In this document: one piece after another, positions 37,647 to 38,203 of the stretch | Layout of the letters: the number at the start of each line of letters is the position of its first letter | Position numbering within the stretch: the stretch's first letter is position 1 | Origin: Pseudovirgaria hyperparasitica | Lineage: Eukaryota | NCBI GenBank assembly: GCA_010093815.1 | Contig: ML996590.1 | Direction: 5' to 3' (one strand) | DNA: 38,203 nucleotides | Notes under the pieces: model-generated | Database searches by the model: none | What the model was told of the DNA's origin: nothing | The model's input: the letters and a program-made list of their open reading frames with translations, nothing else | Made by a program: the position numbers and the translations under genes

Positions 37647-37672
37647 TTGGGAGCGCCGTATCTTTCCTAATG
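37647..37672 (-). repeat. Right terminal inverted repeat
   Basis: Reverse complement of 15561-15586 with one mismatch. Confidence 0.92.
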
Positions 37673-37674
37673 TA

Positions 37675-38203
37675 TATACGTTACTAATATATTAAAAGCC
37701 ATTAATCTACCCCGACCTAGGCCGGACTCTAATAATCTAGCTATATATTATTATAGTTATTACTTTCCGTCGTATATTACTTACGGTAGTACTAAATCTA
37801 TAATATATAGTACTTATATAACTAAGAAGCGTTATTACTTATAGATATTTAAGTAAGTTTAAAGAACTTTACGCCGATTTACTTATATTAGTATAGATTA
37901 CTACTAGGCCTCTAGTAACCTCTACTAATAAGGAGTATAGTACTACTAATCGCAACGCGTTAGAGAAGGCTTTCTATAAGCTATATATCTAAGGTAAGGG
38001 TTACGCCTAGAAGTATAATTCTAATAAGATCTATAAGGATTTATTAGAATCTACTATAGCTATTATTACCGCGATTACTAGGTAATATTATTTTTCTTAA
38101 ATTATTATAGATTCTTACTAATATATATTAATCTCTATAATAGTACTAAAATCTCTACCACTTCGGACTTCTTTCTATATACTAGCGATATTAAAATTCC
38201 TAG
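37675..38203 (-). mobile_element. Probable continuation of Gypsy family B copy 2 internal region (right flank of the Plavaka insertion)
   Basis: Inferred from nesting logic (TA-flanked insertion) and RIP signature. No diagnostic pol motif lies inside the window. Confidence 0.45.

Larger units (their letters stand above)
15561..37672 (+). mobile_element. Giant (22,112 bp) Plavaka-family TIR DNA transposon with cargo genes
   Basis: TIRs CATTAGGAAAGATACAGCGCTCCCAA (15561-15586) and TTGGGAGCGCCGTATCTTTCCTAATG (37647-37672) are 25/26 complementary. TA is present on both flanks (15559-15560, 37673-37674). Subterminal repeat arrays at both ends and an internal Plavaka transposase. Confidence 0.9.

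Noticed and set aside
15561..37672. Starship, or TET/JBP-carrying KDZ element
   Set aside because: I recognised no DUF3435 tyrosine recombinase, KDZ transposase or TET/JBP motifs. RIP could hide a weak domain in the orphan genes.
15559..37674. 28-bp TIR starting with RIPed CACATT (CACTA-like terminus)
   Set aside because: The flanks would then be tct / tat with no duplication. A 26-bp TIR plus TA duplication is more parsimonious, though other copies are needed to settle it.
1..38203. AT-rich organelle/phage DNA or an alternative genetic code with TAA/TAG read-through
   Set aside because: Stops fall at expected Gln/Trp positions and come with matching transition damage in other conserved codons on both strands, which is the RIP signature. 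Spliceosomal intron signals indicate nuclear fungal DNA.

Overview
Fungal (filamentous ascomycete-type) heterochromatic window. RIP (CpA>TpA / TpG>TpA) has mutated it throughout, so no long ORF survives. All protein calls come from manually reversing RIP at conserved motifs, not from database searches. The window is a nest of transposons. From left to right: (1) 5' LTR and gag of a minus-strand Ty3/Gypsy element (family B, 1-958); (2) a plus-strand Ty3/Gypsy element (family A, ~959-9854) with a ~2.7-kb gag-pol segment duplicated across a 10-N gap; (3) a Helitron RepHel (9855-14775) inserted just after the family A integrase core; (4) the 3' LTR and PPT of a second family B copy inserted in the Helitron helicase; (5) inserted in that copy, an apparently complete 22.1-kb DNA transposon (15561-37672). 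This last element has 26-bp terminal inverted repeats, a TA duplication and subterminal repeat arrays. It carries a Plavaka-family transposase, a divergent DUF6532-like gene, a Upf1-like SF1 helicase with a ZNFX1/Hrr1/SAD-3-type EEA Walker B and three CCHC knuckles, a SNF2-family ATPase and 3-4 orphan genes. This cargo-carrying Plavaka element is the main candidate for an undescribed system.
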